Counted from the stretch's first letter, positions 7,839 through 18,375 are shown. The stretch is DNA of 56,852 nucleotides from Verrucomicrobiota bacterium (GCA_027623095.1 JAQBVM010000002.1:1-56852); one strand, 5' to 3'. Notes: generated by a model not told the origin, from the letters alone. Numbers and translations are program-made.

Positions 7839-9743
7839 CTACGGCGGAGGCGGCGGTGCCGGAGCAAAAAGCTTCCACGTCAGGCCCTGAGACGTGGTCC
7901 CTCCGCTGTAAACGATAAAGTGAAAGTACTTGGAGATCGTTTCGAAGGGCGGCAACAAGCTAAGATCGATCCAGTCCGATATTGATTTCGAACCGCTTCG
8001 CCCGCCCGAGCCGAGAGCGAACATCTGCTCGATTCGCGCCATGTCGTTCTTGAGCGTCTCCAAAGTCACCCGGAGATTCTCACGCTGGTTTTCATAGCCA
8101 AAAAATCCGCCTGCCATTCCGTCCACCCGTTGCGCGGCTTCTCCAAGACCGTTCGTTTCGCGAAGTCGTTTGCCTCCGGAATTCTCGCCGCGAATGAATT
8201 CTTCCAGCATCGCGACGTCCGTCGAGAGGACGAGATAGCCACTAGCCGCGGCGAAGCTGAAGGAGCGCCGAACCGGTGTCGCTCCACTCACAGATGGCAT
8301 TGAGGGGAGTGGAATCGAATACACTTTGCGGCCTAGAAACTCTCTTTCGTCTGTTTTGGAATCGCTGGCGGGGATGGGCAGGAGAGAAGATGCAGCCTTG
8401 ACCGCTCGCGCGAGCTCCTCCGGATTTGGAGACCCAACCAGAAAAAGCGCAGGCCCGGCGTTCAACTCCTCCAGGGTTGCAGAGCGCGGCGCTTTTTCGT
8501 ACACGATAAAATCGTCGCCAAGATTTCCCAGAAAATTCCTGCGAAGATCGAAATTGGGGTCTTTGTCTTTTCCCGCGGTCGCCATACCCATTTGAACTAA
8601 GGCGCCAAACTCGGGTGAAACGCTCGTGAGCATCGACTCAAACGTGTCCCATGCCTTCCGTCCGTCGAGTCGCCACCGGCTGAACTTGAGCGCATTCGCC
8701 GGCACAAAAGGCGGCGGCGACGAATCTTTAGCCTCAGCCACCAAAGCTTTGAAGATACCCTCCCGTCCGCTACGTGGCACACCAAGGAACAATTCCGCTA
8801 AGAATCCATCCTCGGCGCTGTTCAATCGGAAGGCGATCGATTTCAACCCGTCCAGTCCCGTCGCCGCAAGAATCTTGTCCAGACGGGGAGCAAGCGGATT
8901 GTTTGCCGCCGCGCCGCCCCCTGACAAACTTGCCTGGCTCGCCAGTTTCTCGTAAACGGGCGCAAAATTAATCCACCCGAATCCGGAGGCCGCACGAAAC
9001 GGCTCCGAACGCGCGATCTGAAACTCGGGCTGCTCCGCGAGAGGCGTGATCAAACCACCAGACTGACGAATCAAGATCCTCTCCATGGCTTTCGTCGAAT
9101 TCGCAATCAACAGAAGTGTTTCCGATTGTCCAATTGTGATCTCAAACTCGTCACCCGCCGCAGCGCCTCCGTTTTTCGACAACTCCCTTGATCCGGACTC
9201 CTGAAAGGCCTGTCCAAGCAGACCACTAACGTCCCGGCCGCGCACGATGAGAGTGCTGAATTCCACGTCGCGAATTCGTTCCCTCTTGAGCTGCCTTCCG
9301 GATTCCACCCATTTTTGTTTAAGCTGGCCCAAAAGCATGCGAAGCCTCTCGCTCGCGTCTTGGGTGTCGATCAGCAGCAGCACACCGGGTTGGGAGTTCT
9401 CACCCGCGATGCCCTGCGTCACCGCAAATGTCACTTGCCCTCGGAGAAGCCCACTGTATTCCGAAAGCGCAACACCCAGTTCTTTTTCGAGCGGATCAGT
9501 CACACTCTCGGAGAACCGCTCCATCAGCTTGTCCCTTGCCGGTTTGAACGCGATATCCCGCCAAAGGCGGCCTATCGAGGACCGGTCAAAAGCCGACACG
9601 GCGGTTGCCCAATCGGGAATTGAAACAACGAAGAGAGTATCTGATGGCAGAAGTTGCTCGGGTCTCGGCACAGCCGCGTTGGCCAATCCGACAAAGGCCA
9701 TCACAGCGGTGGCCACCGCAAAGATCTTTCTCATAAGTCTCAA
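7839..9743 (-). CDS. Secreted hypothetical protein of 634 aa, translationally coupled to the upstream serine protease
   Basis: Long ORF with signal peptide MRLMRKIFAVATAVMAFVGLANA. The start overlaps the protease stop (ATGA at 9740-9743). No motif I can name. Confidence 0.7.
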   Translation of the reverse strand: MRLMRKIFAVATAVMAFVGLANAAVPRPEQLLPSDTLFVVSIPDWATAVSAFDRSSIGRLWRDIAFKPARDKLMERFSESVTDPLEKELGVALSEYSGLLRGQVTFAVTQGIAGENSQPGVLLLIDTQDASERLRMLLGQLKQKWVESGRQLKRERIRDVEFSTLIVRGRDVSGLLGQAFQESGSRELSKNGGAAAGDEFEITIGQSETLLLIANSTKAMERILIRQSGGLITPLAEQPEFQIARSEPFRAASGFGWINFAPVYEKLASQASLSGGGAAANNPLAPRLDKILAATGLDGLKSIAFRLNSAEDGFLAELFLGVPRSGREGIFKALVAEAKDSSPPPFVPANALKFSRWRLDGRKAWDTFESMLTSVSPEFGALVQMGMATAGKDKDPNFDLRRNFLGNLGDDFIVYEKAPRSATLEELNAGPALFLVGSPNPEELARAVKAASSLLPIPASDSKTDEREFLGRKVYSIPLPSMPSVSGATPVRRSFSFAAASGYLVLSTDVAMLEEFIRGENSGGKRLRETNGLGEAAQRVDGMAGGFFGYENQRENLRVTLETLKNDMARIEQMFALGSGGRSGSKSISDWIDLSLLPPFETISKYFHFIVYSGGTTSQGLTWKLFAPAPPPPP

Positions 9744-10711
9744 TTTTTACCCGGATTCACCCTTGAAATTCGCCCAGGCGGTTCAAGGTACCGGTAAGGA
9801 CTGCTCGGGTTATCGTTGTCATAAGCAAAGGAATCGCGATGCTTCAGGAAGTATTTGACCGATTCAATAGGAATCGCGAACCCCAAACCTTCACCAAAAG
9901 TCATTTTCATATTCGTAACGCCGATCACCTCGCCTTTCAGATTGAACAACGGTCCACCACTGTTTCCAGGGTTGATCTGAGTCGTCGTCTGCAAATAGAG
10001 CTCTCCCTGCAACTGCCGTGTCTTCGTGCTTAGGATCCCTTCGGTCACAGTCCTCTCAAGACCGAGAGGACTTCCAATTGCGAATACGTGTTCACCTACC
10101 GACATGGCATCCGAATCCCCCAGGGGAACCGGTGAAAATGCCGGCGCATTCTCATCCTCGATCTTCAAGAGAGCCAGATCCCCAAATTTGTTCATGGCGA
10201 CGATTTTCACATCCTTGTAGTTCGCCCGTTCAATTTGCCCGGTCCTTTGATGGTAAACTTCCACCGATATCTGAGTCTCGCTTTCTACCACATGGAAATT
10301 CGTAATCAGGAATCCCTGCTCACTAATAAAGAAGCCTGAGCCGAGCCCTCCCGGTGTCCGAATCTGCACGACACTCTCGCCAAGGGATCGAACTAGATCG
10401 CGAACGCTCCGTTCCGGCCGGGGGACATCGGTGGACTGAAACAGCAGGTTCTCCTTCTGGCCCGATGCCGTCTCGATTGACGCTGCCCCCACAGATCCCG
10501 CAAATCCTTTTTCACCTCCTACAATTCGCAAGATCTGATCACGCGGAACAACCAGGACGGTGTAGCCGATATCGATGACGATCTGATCGGGCTTTTCCGC
10601 AAGGACCGAACCTTGAATAGCGGCGTTGTCTTTCAGTTCAACCACCGCCCCGTTTCCGGGGAGAGCGGCGCACATGCAAGCCGACAGCAAAATCAAAGAC
10701 CATCGAGTCAT
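9740..10711 (-). CDS. Trypsin-like serine protease (S1C/HtrA-like catalytic domain, no PDZ seen)
   Basis: Catalytic-triad contexts ITNFHVV, DLALLKI and GNSGGPLF. The ATG at 10711 gives signal peptide MTRWSLILLSACMCAALPG and avoids overlap with the upstream gene. Confidence 0.85.
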   Translation of the reverse strand: MTRWSLILLSACMCAALPGNGAVVELKDNAAIQGSVLAEKPDQIVIDIGYTVLVVPRDQILRIVGGEKGFAGSVGAASIETASGQKENLLFQSTDVPRPERSVRDLVRSLGESVVQIRTPGGLGSGFFISEQGFLITNFHVVESETQISVEVYHQRTGQIERANYKDVKIVAMNKFGDLALLKIEDENAPAFSPVPLGDSDAMSVGEHVFAIGSPLGLERTVTEGILSTKTRQLQGELYLQTTTQINPGNSGGPLFNLKGEVIGVTNMKMTFGEGLGFAIPIESVKYFLKHRDSFAYDNDNPSSPYRYLEPPGRISRVNPGKN

Positions 10712-10748
10712 TGCCGGACCATACAATTGCTGCCGGCCAATGACAAGG

Positions 10749-11714
10749 TTACTTCGGAACAACCCAGATGTTGCGATAAAACACAGGATTCCCGTGACCT
10801 TGAAGCTGAAGTGCGCCACCGCTTGCATCCTCCTTCTTACCCCCGCCAGTCGGGCCTTTCAAGGCCAGGTGATCGTGGATAGTGACTCCATTATGTTTGA
10901 TCGTCGCCACAGAGTTCTGGGTCTTTTTTCCGGACGCATCGAAAGCAGCCGGAGAAAATTCAATATCGTAGGTTTGCCATGTGAGAGGGGGGTAGCACAT
11001 ATTGACCAACGGTTTTGCCTGGCTATAGATCCCGCCACATTCATTGTTCTCTCCGGTGAGACCGAACGAATCCAGAACTTGAACTTCATACCGGTCCTGA
11101 AGATAAACACCGCTGTTTCCCCGTCCCTGCCCGCGCCCGAGCGGTTTGAACGGAAGCAGGAACTCAAAATGCGCGGAGAACGCGTTGAAACTCTGTTTGG
11201 TCTTGCACCCGGCCGCAATAAGGCCGCGTTCATCCAAATGGCCCCCTTCCCATGCATCCACATTTTTTCCGTCGAATAAAATGACTGCTCCCGGCGGAGG
11301 TTCTGCTCCCAGTGTCGGGCTCCGCCTTTCCGTTTTCTCCATTGTATAAGGACCTCCAGAATCGTTCGTGATCATTATTTTGCCTGCCGCCAACTCCGCC
11401 CGATACCCATTCTCTCCCGTGAACACGATTTTATTTCCCTGCCGCCGCCCCGAATTTACCTGGCGATACTCCCCATTCCAACCGTCGCCCGGGAGACCGC
11501 CCTGGTAGGTCACGATGCGGAATTCATCCTTTCCCAATGCGATAACTTGCGCGCCACCCCAGTCGTTTACGTATTCGCCCTGGTCCACAAAATCCTGTCC
11601 CGCCGTGGCAGGATCCAGGTAGGTGGCCGGTTCCGGTTTACTCTCTGCGGCGGAAATCGTCGTTGCCAATGTGAATGTTATCAGTGCGAGCCATTGCATA
11701 CTTACTCTCTCCAT
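10749..11714 (-). CDS. DUF1080 (3-keto-disaccharide hydrolase-like) domain protein, secreted
   Basis: Signal peptide. NSGVYLQDRYEVQVLD and C-terminal HGNPVFYRNIWVVPK are typical of DUF1080. Confidence 0.75.
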   Translation of the reverse strand: MERVSMQWLALITFTLATTISAAESKPEPATYLDPATAGQDFVDQGEYVNDWGGAQVIALGKDEFRIVTYQGGLPGDGWNGEYRQVNSGRRQGNKIVFTGENGYRAELAAGKIMITNDSGGPYTMEKTERRSPTLGAEPPPGAVILFDGKNVDAWEGGHLDERGLIAAGCKTKQSFNAFSAHFEFLLPFKPLGRGQGRGNSGVYLQDRYEVQVLDSFGLTGENNECGGIYSQAKPLVNMCYPPLTWQTYDIEFSPAAFDASGKKTQNSVATIKHNGVTIHDHLALKGPTGGGKKEDASGGALQLQGHGNPVFYRNIWVVPK

Positions 11715-11732
11715 TTGTTTCGTTGCGGTTAA

Positions 11733-14033
11733 CTACTTCTCATTCGTGTCGATGCGATTCAGCGTCAGCCACATCTGATCCCTCAGCGGCGTGCCATCAG
11801 CCGAATCGATGTTGTATTTGATTTCCAATTGCATCACCGGGCTCAGGCCTGGGATCTCCAGAAACAACGTGGATCCATCCTCCAATAACCGGGCCGATTT
11901 CACCAAAAGCTCATCCCGCCCTTCCGAATCCGGATTTGCAACAGACCAGTCTTTCGACCCGTATTGCCGCGCATATCGGTAGTTCCACTGATGCACCGCG
12001 TAACTGTCCGAATCCTCAACAGTTGCACGGTCGAGCGGTTGCGTGAACGTAACTGCCAAGCCGTTCCGGTAGGCATGCCAGCGGATCGGCAAGAACACAG
12101 GTTTCCCAGTTAACCGCACTCGCTGCAAAGATCCGTCTCGGATCGCGCTAGTCTGCCATCCGGTGCTGCCGGCGACATAAAGGCGGCCGTCAATTGGATG
12201 AAAAACGCCTCTCTGGGGTCCTGAGAGAAAACGCACAGGCAAAGGAACCACCGCACCCTGAGCGACGCCGTCCGCGCGATCCCGCAGGACAAGCATTAGA
12301 CCACACCGCCCCCACAACAGATGCAGCATGTTTCCTCCAAGCGATCCCCAGAAATGAGGCGGCACCCACACTTGACTCCCGCTCGAGTTATCGACTCGGT
12401 GCGGAATCCAGCATAACGGCGAATCGTAACCAAGTGGCCGCGCTTCGGTTATCTTCGGTCCTCCATATCCATAGAACTCGCCGTCACGAATCTCACAGAT
12501 CTCCGAAGACGGAGTCCACTCACCTTGCTGCGGCGCGACCGTAATCATCGTTCCATTAGGACTGACTCCCATGCCGTTCGGATTTCGAAAACCGGAAGCG
12601 AGTGTTTGCAGCCGCAATCCGTCTGACGAAACTCGGTGCACACCGGACGGATCAACGAAATAGAAATTGCCTGAATCGTCCTTCTCAAGCCCGGTTACAT
12701 AGCTGTGACCGCTCTTGGAATCGATTAGATTGCAGAAGTTCTCATAGAAATCGGCCTCGCCATCACTGTTGAAATCGTGAAGCCGAGTAATCTGATCTCT
12801 GCCAAGAACGAACACTTCACCATCACGCACTTGAAGCCCCAACGGCTGAAACAGACCCGTCGCAAACCGTTTCCACCGCAAATCACCTAGCTCATCGTCA
12901 ATCCCTGTGACACGCCACACATCCCCGTGGATAGTGCAAACGTAAGCTTCGCCGGCAGGACCAAAACCGATGCCGGAGAGGAACATCAGCGCGTTCCAGG
13001 GATTCTCGTACGGCACGGCGAGTGTATCGACCGCGAATGGAGCACCATCACTGCCGCGCCTTCCCACCGTTCTCGAATCCGGAAGCCAGCGGGGAGGCCC
13101 CGGTTGAATGAGTTCCGTAAGACTCTCCAATTCCCCGAACTCATCCACAATTCCGCTGAACTTAGAGACCTGTGTCTCTTCTCCACTCCAAATGAACATC
13201 TTGCACCGCAGAGACTGGGCTGCCGCTGGGATTCGGACGCGCAGGGCTTTGGTGTCATTCGATATCTCAATCCCTTCCCCCAATACCGCAATCGCGAGCG
13301 CGTTATGGCCACCTTTGGAAACGATGGCACGAGCCATTCCCGGAAAGCTAAAAATCGAGACGCTCTCTCCGTCTTGAGGAATTGTAAATGAAATGTCCTC
13401 GGGCCGCGGTCCAATCTCAATCGTCCGCGTGAAGACATGCAACCCATCCCGAACCTCCAGCCACGGTGCATCGAGAACGCGCACACTATCCAACGCATAC
13501 TCGAGAACAACCCGCTCACCATGAACGCGCAATCCCGAGTACCGGATACGCTCCGAGTTCCACCGAATGCCGGAAGGAATAGAGAACGTGATTTTACCCT
13601 TAATTCGTGGAGGATTAATCAGTCCAAATCGCGCGGGAGCAAATTCGAGGAATCCCCCGCTCCACCCCGAATAAAACGCGCATTGTAACGTGTCAAAGCA
13701 GACTGTTCCCTCGTAATTGGCGCCGATCCGGATCGAGAGTCCTTTAATGATCTGCCGGCCGGGAACCGAAAGATTCGAGGCCAAGAACGGTCCCACGTCC
13801 GTCCGGTTCCATCGGTTATCCACCCAGTCTCCTTCTGTCTGCAAACTCGGGTCGCTCTCCGGGGAGTTGCGTTCCGCGAAAGGCAGTGGTTGCGCCCTCA
13901 AAACTTCGGAAACACTCACACCTGCAAAAAGTATCAGAAACGAAAACAGACACCTTCGAATGGTTGATCGCAGACGCGCGAGACCGGACGCGGGCGCAGG
14001 TGAAACTGGAGTCATAGAAGCATTGGCTTCCAC
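11733..14033 (-). CDS. Large secreted beta-propeller-like protein. It resembles the non-heme part of PVC dehydrogenase/cytochrome-type proteins but has no CxxCH.
   Basis: 766-aa ORF with an N-terminal membrane/signal segment. Coding status is confident. Function is low-confidence and rests on recollection of DUF6797 plus sorbosone-dehydrogenase-like propeller architecture. Confidence 0.55.
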   Translation of the reverse strand: MEANASMTPVSPAPASGLARLRSTIRRCLFSFLILFAGVSVSEVLRAQPLPFAERNSPESDPSLQTEGDWVDNRWNRTDVGPFLASNLSVPGRQIIKGLSIRIGANYEGTVCFDTLQCAFYSGWSGGFLEFAPARFGLINPPRIKGKITFSIPSGIRWNSERIRYSGLRVHGERVVLEYALDSVRVLDAPWLEVRDGLHVFTRTIEIGPRPEDISFTIPQDGESVSIFSFPGMARAIVSKGGHNALAIAVLGEGIEISNDTKALRVRIPAAAQSLRCKMFIWSGEETQVSKFSGIVDEFGELESLTELIQPGPPRWLPDSRTVGRRGSDGAPFAVDTLAVPYENPWNALMFLSGIGFGPAGEAYVCTIHGDVWRVTGIDDELGDLRWKRFATGLFQPLGLQVRDGEVFVLGRDQITRLHDFNSDGEADFYENFCNLIDSKSGHSYVTGLEKDDSGNFYFVDPSGVHRVSSDGLRLQTLASGFRNPNGMGVSPNGTMITVAPQQGEWTPSSEICEIRDGEFYGYGGPKITEARPLGYDSPLCWIPHRVDNSSGSQVWVPPHFWGSLGGNMLHLLWGRCGLMLVLRDRADGVAQGAVVPLPVRFLSGPQRGVFHPIDGRLYVAGSTGWQTSAIRDGSLQRVRLTGKPVFLPIRWHAYRNGLAVTFTQPLDRATVEDSDSYAVHQWNYRYARQYGSKDWSVANPDSEGRDELLVKSARLLEDGSTLFLEIPGLSPVMQLEIKYNIDSADGTPLRDQMWLTLNRIDTNEK

Positions 14034-14150
14034 GAGTGAACTGAGCTGAAGGGATTCAAGTCAAGTCCGAATCAAAAAACCTCGTTTTGTGCGGAAGAAC
14101 AGCTCAACGCCCCAACCATCTGGAATTTGGCACGCGCTACACGCGTACGT

Positions 14151-14176
14151 AAAAAAGCCGGGCTTTCACCCGGCTT
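14151..14176 (-). terminator. Rho-independent terminator (minus strand)
   Basis: Minus strand reads AAGCCGGG-TGAAAG-CCCGGCTT followed by TTTT. It lies downstream of the response-regulator gene and upstream of the propeller operon. Confidence 0.7.
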
Positions 14177-14338
14177 CTCCACAATGAGAACAAATTCTAA
14201 ACCAAACCAAATACTGCTCCGATTTTTGTCACTTTCAGCGGCGCCGCAGACTCACGCCTTTCATCACACACAGATGAACTACTGCACTTTTGCATCTCAG
14301 CGACGCCACAACCATACTCTATTTCTTTTCCCCTGCTA

Positions 14339-14356
14339 GTCACCAGTACTGGTGAC
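14339..14356. promoter_or_regulatory. 18-bp perfect palindrome GTCACCAGTACTGGTGAC (candidate operator or structured RNA)
   Basis: Perfect dyad in the 466-bp non-coding gap between the two-component genes and the propeller operon. Confidence 0.3.
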
Positions 14357-14499
14357 AAACGCAACCGCATGTCCCCAGCCATTCACACCTAAAACAGGGG
14401 TTTCGTGCGCTCAACCGCTCTTTCCATGTTTACCAACTGTGTCTGGAAAATCGTCGCAGAAATCAAATAACTCTTCTTATAGTGTTACGGATGGCCAGC

Positions 14500-15126
14500 C
14501 TAGCGCCGCAAGAATTTCGCCACCGCTTCCGTGCGTGTTCGGACCTGAAGTTTTTCGTAAATGCGGCGAATGTAAGTGTGCACCGTCTCGTAGCTTATGC
14601 CGAGTTTGTCGGCGATTTCTTTGTAAAGAAACCCCTGGCTTAGACAATCAAGCACTTCCTGCTCGCGTTGGGACAGATTCTCGGCCGGTTGCGGCGAAGC
14701 CCCGGCCTTTTGGAACGACTGCACCACTTTCCGGGCAATGTGCGCCGTCATCGGAGAGCCCCCTTGTTGCACCTCCCGAATTGCATCTAACAGTTCAGCC
14801 CGCGGAGTGCGCTTCAGCATATAACCGGAAGCGCCTGCCGCGAGCGCGTTGAAGATATTCTCCGTATCCTCGTAAACTGTCAGCATGACCACCTGCGTTT
14901 GAGGGAGAGCCTGTTTCAATCTCCGAACACATTCCACGCCGTTCATTCCTGGAAGATTAATATCCATCAGTACGACATCCGGTTTTGCCGTTGGGAGTCC
15001 CTCCAACGCGGACTCCGCGCTCTCGTATTGATTCACGCAATGGAATCCCTCGGCGCGCGCGATCACCCGCGCCAAAGTTTGGCGCAACTGATCATTGTCC
15101 TCCACTATGGAGACACCGATGCTCAT
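14500..15126 (-). CDS. NarL/FixJ-family response regulator (REC plus LuxR-type HTH)
   Basis: REC motifs (IVEDND, DVVLMDINLPGMNG) and a C-terminal LuxR HTH (LSQREQEVLDCLSQGFLYKEIADKLGISYETVHTY). Confidence 0.9.
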   Translation of the reverse strand: MSIGVSIVEDNDQLRQTLARVIARAEGFHCVNQYESAESALEGLPTAKPDVVLMDINLPGMNGVECVRRLKQALPQTQVVMLTVYEDTENIFNALAAGASGYMLKRTPRAELLDAIREVQQGGSPMTAHIARKVVQSFQKAGASPQPAENLSQREQEVLDCLSQGFLYKEIADKLGISYETVHTYIRRIYEKLQVRTRTEAVAKFLRR

Positions 15127-15139
15127 CGCTACAAATATT

Positions 15140-18100
15140 CTACCGAGGCTTCCCGCTTTCGAATCCGGATTCCGATCCGATAGGCACTGTTAGTCGAACG
15201 AGGGTTCCACCGCTCGCGACGGGCTCGAACGCAAAGCTTCCGCCAACATCCTCCATTCGTTTGCGCATATTGCGCAATCCGTTTCGTGAACGTGCGGCAT
15301 CCTCGTCCAAGCCAGGCAACGCCTTCCCATCGTCCTGAATACCGAGCGTGAAACAACGCGGCTGGACGCTGAGTTGAACCCTTACAGAATTGGCGTGCGC
15401 GTGCCGCACCACATTCGTGACCGCCTCCTTTGACGCAAGGAACACATTGTGCCGAACCTCCGGAGAAATCGTAACCTCCGGGAGATGGGACGGAGTCTCA
15501 AGCCTGAAGCGAATCCCTGCCACTTCCAAGTATTCCTGCACGTATTTGCACACGTAGTTGATCAACCCGTCAAGCGTATCGTTTGACGGGTTCACTGTCC
15601 AAACGATCTCGTCGAGCACCTTTGTTGTGTCGCGCGCCGTTTGGGAAATCTGGCGGGCATGGGCCTCGACTTCCTCGGGCAAATCCTTATCGCTCTCGAC
15701 GAGCTCACCCAAAAGGGCCACCTGAGTCAGGCTCGCGCCAAGCTGGTCGTGAATATCGCGCGCAATCCTCGCCCGTTCTCTTTCAATCGCCTCCTTTTGT
15801 CTCAGTTTCTCAACCTGGCGCTGTAGTCTCTGTGTCGAAACAAAATGGACAGTGCCTACCGTTACACCCAAGCAAAACAATGAACCCGCACTTAGAAACC
15901 ACCAAGCGCGCCAGAACGGAGGCACAATGGTGATCCCCAAAGACGTGCCTCCCTCATTCCATACACCATCCTCGTTGCTTGCCGTTACCTGAAATCGGTA
16001 GTCGCCTGCCGGCAGTTTGCTATAGCGCGCGATTCGTGTCGAACCGGCCTCCGTCCACGCGGCCTCGTGTCCCTCCAACCGATACTTGAACCGCGCTCGA
16101 TCCGGAGCTGAGAGGTTGAGGCTCGTATAATGAATCTCGATGCGCTCCCGACTGGCCGGAACAACCAGCGCTTCCGGCCATTTCGCGCGAAGACCGTTTG
16201 CATTCTGAGATTGCCCGTCGATGAGCACGGATTCGATCACGACGGGAGGCGGCTGACCGTTCGACCCCAGCGCCTTCGGGTCCACGGTGACTAGTCCCTT
16301 GATTGTCGGAAACCAGAGTCTCCCATCCGGAGCAAGACATGCTCCGGGTTGAAATCCAATACATTCAGAAGCCGGCATTCCGTCCAACCGCGTATAGACT
16401 CTGCACGGAGTAAAAGCCGTTAATCCTTTCGCGAAATCATTTAACACGCTTTTCTCAATCCGCATGAGTCCCGCGTTTGAGCCGCTCCAGAAGTAGCCAT
16501 CGAGATCTTCCACGAGATAGAGAACAATATTGCTGGCCAATCCTTGACGTGTCGTGAAACGGGTCCACGCTCCATTCTGAAAACGCCCAAGTCCGCTTCC
16601 GATCGTGCCGACCCATAGCACGTTCTCTTTGTCCACATACAACGATGAAACTTCCTCGCTCGGAAGACCGTCCGTCACGTGGTACTCGGTCATTTTTCCA
16701 GATCCAATTCGGATAAGGCCGGCACCCGACGTGCCTATCCAAACGTTTCCGTCAGCATCATCAGCGATCGCGCGCACAGGAGCCTTTGGAAAGCCATTCT
16801 CGAAAGCAATCACCTGCCATTCCTCGCCGTTCCAACGAGCCAATCCGGCTTGCGTTCCCACCCACAACATACCGGACCGATCCTGATGAATCGCCTGGAT
16901 CTTGGGATCGATGCCTTTGGGAAGCGTGACCCGGCGGAACCGTTCGTCCTGAAACTGAAAGAGACCCGCGCCCCAAGTACCGGCCCACACCTGCTGGCGT
17001 CGATCCACAAACACGGATCTCACGGCAGAGCTGAGCAAACCTTCGCGCGGCCCAAACCACTTGAGTTCACCATCTTTCCAACGGGCAGCGCCTCTTGCAT
17101 CGCTGCCGATTCTGTTGACGCCCATCCATATGGCTCCCTGGGCATCCGCATCCACGGATTGGATGACTAAATCTTGTGATTGAGATAGAGATTCGAATTC
17201 CTCGCGTTTCACACGATTGAGCCCACCTCCGTCTGTCCCCACCCAAAGATTCCCTTCACGATCCACATGCAGCGAGAGAATATAATCATACGATAGTCCC
17301 TGGGATTTCGAGATATGGGTCGCCATTCCGTCCGAATTGTACCAGTAAACGCCGCCCCCCTGAGTTCCCACCAAAAGATTTCCCTGGCGATCTTCGCACG
17401 CAGCGCTAACTACAGTGTTGCCCCAGGGATACAAACCAAAATCCAACTCCATTGAATCGGCGCTCCATTTCTGAACACGGCCGTCTGCCAATAGCCAATA
17501 GCCGCCGCTTTCGCTCGCCAAGAGATAATCCAATTTATCAAACGCGTGTGTCTGTGTCAGAGGGAGAGCCGAGGACTCAAGATCCGCATCCGGGTCCAGA
17601 GTGAACAAGCCGTCACTGGTCCCGATCCGAAGCAGCCCGGATCGATCCGACACAATCGATCGAGCACTGCCAACCTTCACTTCTCGGGCATTCCAAATTC
17701 GAACCACTCCGTCGGAAAAGCGCGCGAGCCGCCCGTCAGCACTCAGAAGCCAAACGGCTCCTGCCGAGTCCTCGCAGACAGCCGCAACGCGTCGATCGCG
17801 CTCATTCCGGCCGAAATCCGGACGAAGCACCGCCCCCTCTTGAACCAATACAATTCCGGAGCTTTCGGTTCCGATCCAAAGATTTCGCCTTCGGTCCTCG
17901 AATAACGTGACAATCGGACTGCTGCTCAATCCCGGAGTTGTGCTTTCGTCATAAACTGTGAACCGAATGCCATCGAAGCGCGCCAAACCGTAGAGTGTGC
18001 CCAGCCAAAGGTAACCATCCTCACTCTGAATCATCGAGATCACCGAGTTCTGAGGAAGCCCATCGTCGCTCTCCCAAACATCAATTCGGAACCGCGCGCC

Positions 18101-18259
18101 GCCCCCCAAGGAAGCGCTGTTTGCAGCCATGATCTCGGTAAGAAAGCTTAGAATAAACAGCGCCCCAGTAATCGATCTCGAACAATCAATGCGCATGTTT
18201 CGATTGTTCATCACATACGGTGCTTGTAAAGGCGATTGAGGCGCTTGAGAAAAAGCCAT
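15140..18259 (-). CDS. Sensor histidine kinase with a large periplasmic two-component-regulator propeller/Y_Y_Y domain, HisKA_3 and HATPase_c
   Basis: Repeated LWIGT/LWVGT propeller blades, a TM segment, H-box ARDIHDQLGASL and an ATPase domain. Located 13 nt upstream of the regulator. The exact start is uncertain (alternatives at 18211 and 18196). Confidence 0.85.
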   Translation of the reverse strand: MAFSQAPQSPLQAPYVMNNRNMRIDCSRSITGALFILSFLTEIMAANSASLGGGARFRIDVWESDDGLPQNSVISMIQSEDGYLWLGTLYGLARFDGIRFTVYDESTTPGLSSSPIVTLFEDRRRNLWIGTESSGIVLVQEGAVLRPDFGRNERDRRVAAVCEDSAGAVWLLSADGRLARFSDGVVRIWNAREVKVGSARSIVSDRSGLLRIGTSDGLFTLDPDADLESSALPLTQTHAFDKLDYLLASESGGYWLLADGRVQKWSADSMELDFGLYPWGNTVVSAACEDRQGNLLVGTQGGGVYWYNSDGMATHISKSQGLSYDYILSLHVDREGNLWVGTDGGGLNRVKREEFESLSQSQDLVIQSVDADAQGAIWMGVNRIGSDARGAARWKDGELKWFGPREGLLSSAVRSVFVDRRQQVWAGTWGAGLFQFQDERFRRVTLPKGIDPKIQAIHQDRSGMLWVGTQAGLARWNGEEWQVIAFENGFPKAPVRAIADDADGNVWIGTSGAGLIRIGSGKMTEYHVTDGLPSEEVSSLYVDKENVLWVGTIGSGLGRFQNGAWTRFTTRQGLASNIVLYLVEDLDGYFWSGSNAGLMRIEKSVLNDFAKGLTAFTPCRVYTRLDGMPASECIGFQPGACLAPDGRLWFPTIKGLVTVDPKALGSNGQPPPVVIESVLIDGQSQNANGLRAKWPEALVVPASRERIEIHYTSLNLSAPDRARFKYRLEGHEAAWTEAGSTRIARYSKLPAGDYRFQVTASNEDGVWNEGGTSLGITIVPPFWRAWWFLSAGSLFCLGVTVGTVHFVSTQRLQRQVEKLRQKEAIERERARIARDIHDQLGASLTQVALLGELVESDKDLPEEVEAHARQISQTARDTTKVLDEIVWTVNPSNDTLDGLINYVCKYVQEYLEVAGIRFRLETPSHLPEVTISPEVRHNVFLASKEAVTNVVRHAHANSVRVQLSVQPRCFTLGIQDDGKALPGLDEDAARSRNGLRNMRKRMEDVGGSFAFEPVASGGTLVRLTVPIGSESGFESGKPR

Positions 18260-18375
18260 GCCTCACCCGAACGGACCCAGAGAACCAGAGGCATCGCCAC
18301 ATTTAGGCTCGACGCGCAGGACCAATCGCGATCTAATCGAGTTGTCACCATTCACCCAACGGAAAACAGGATGAA

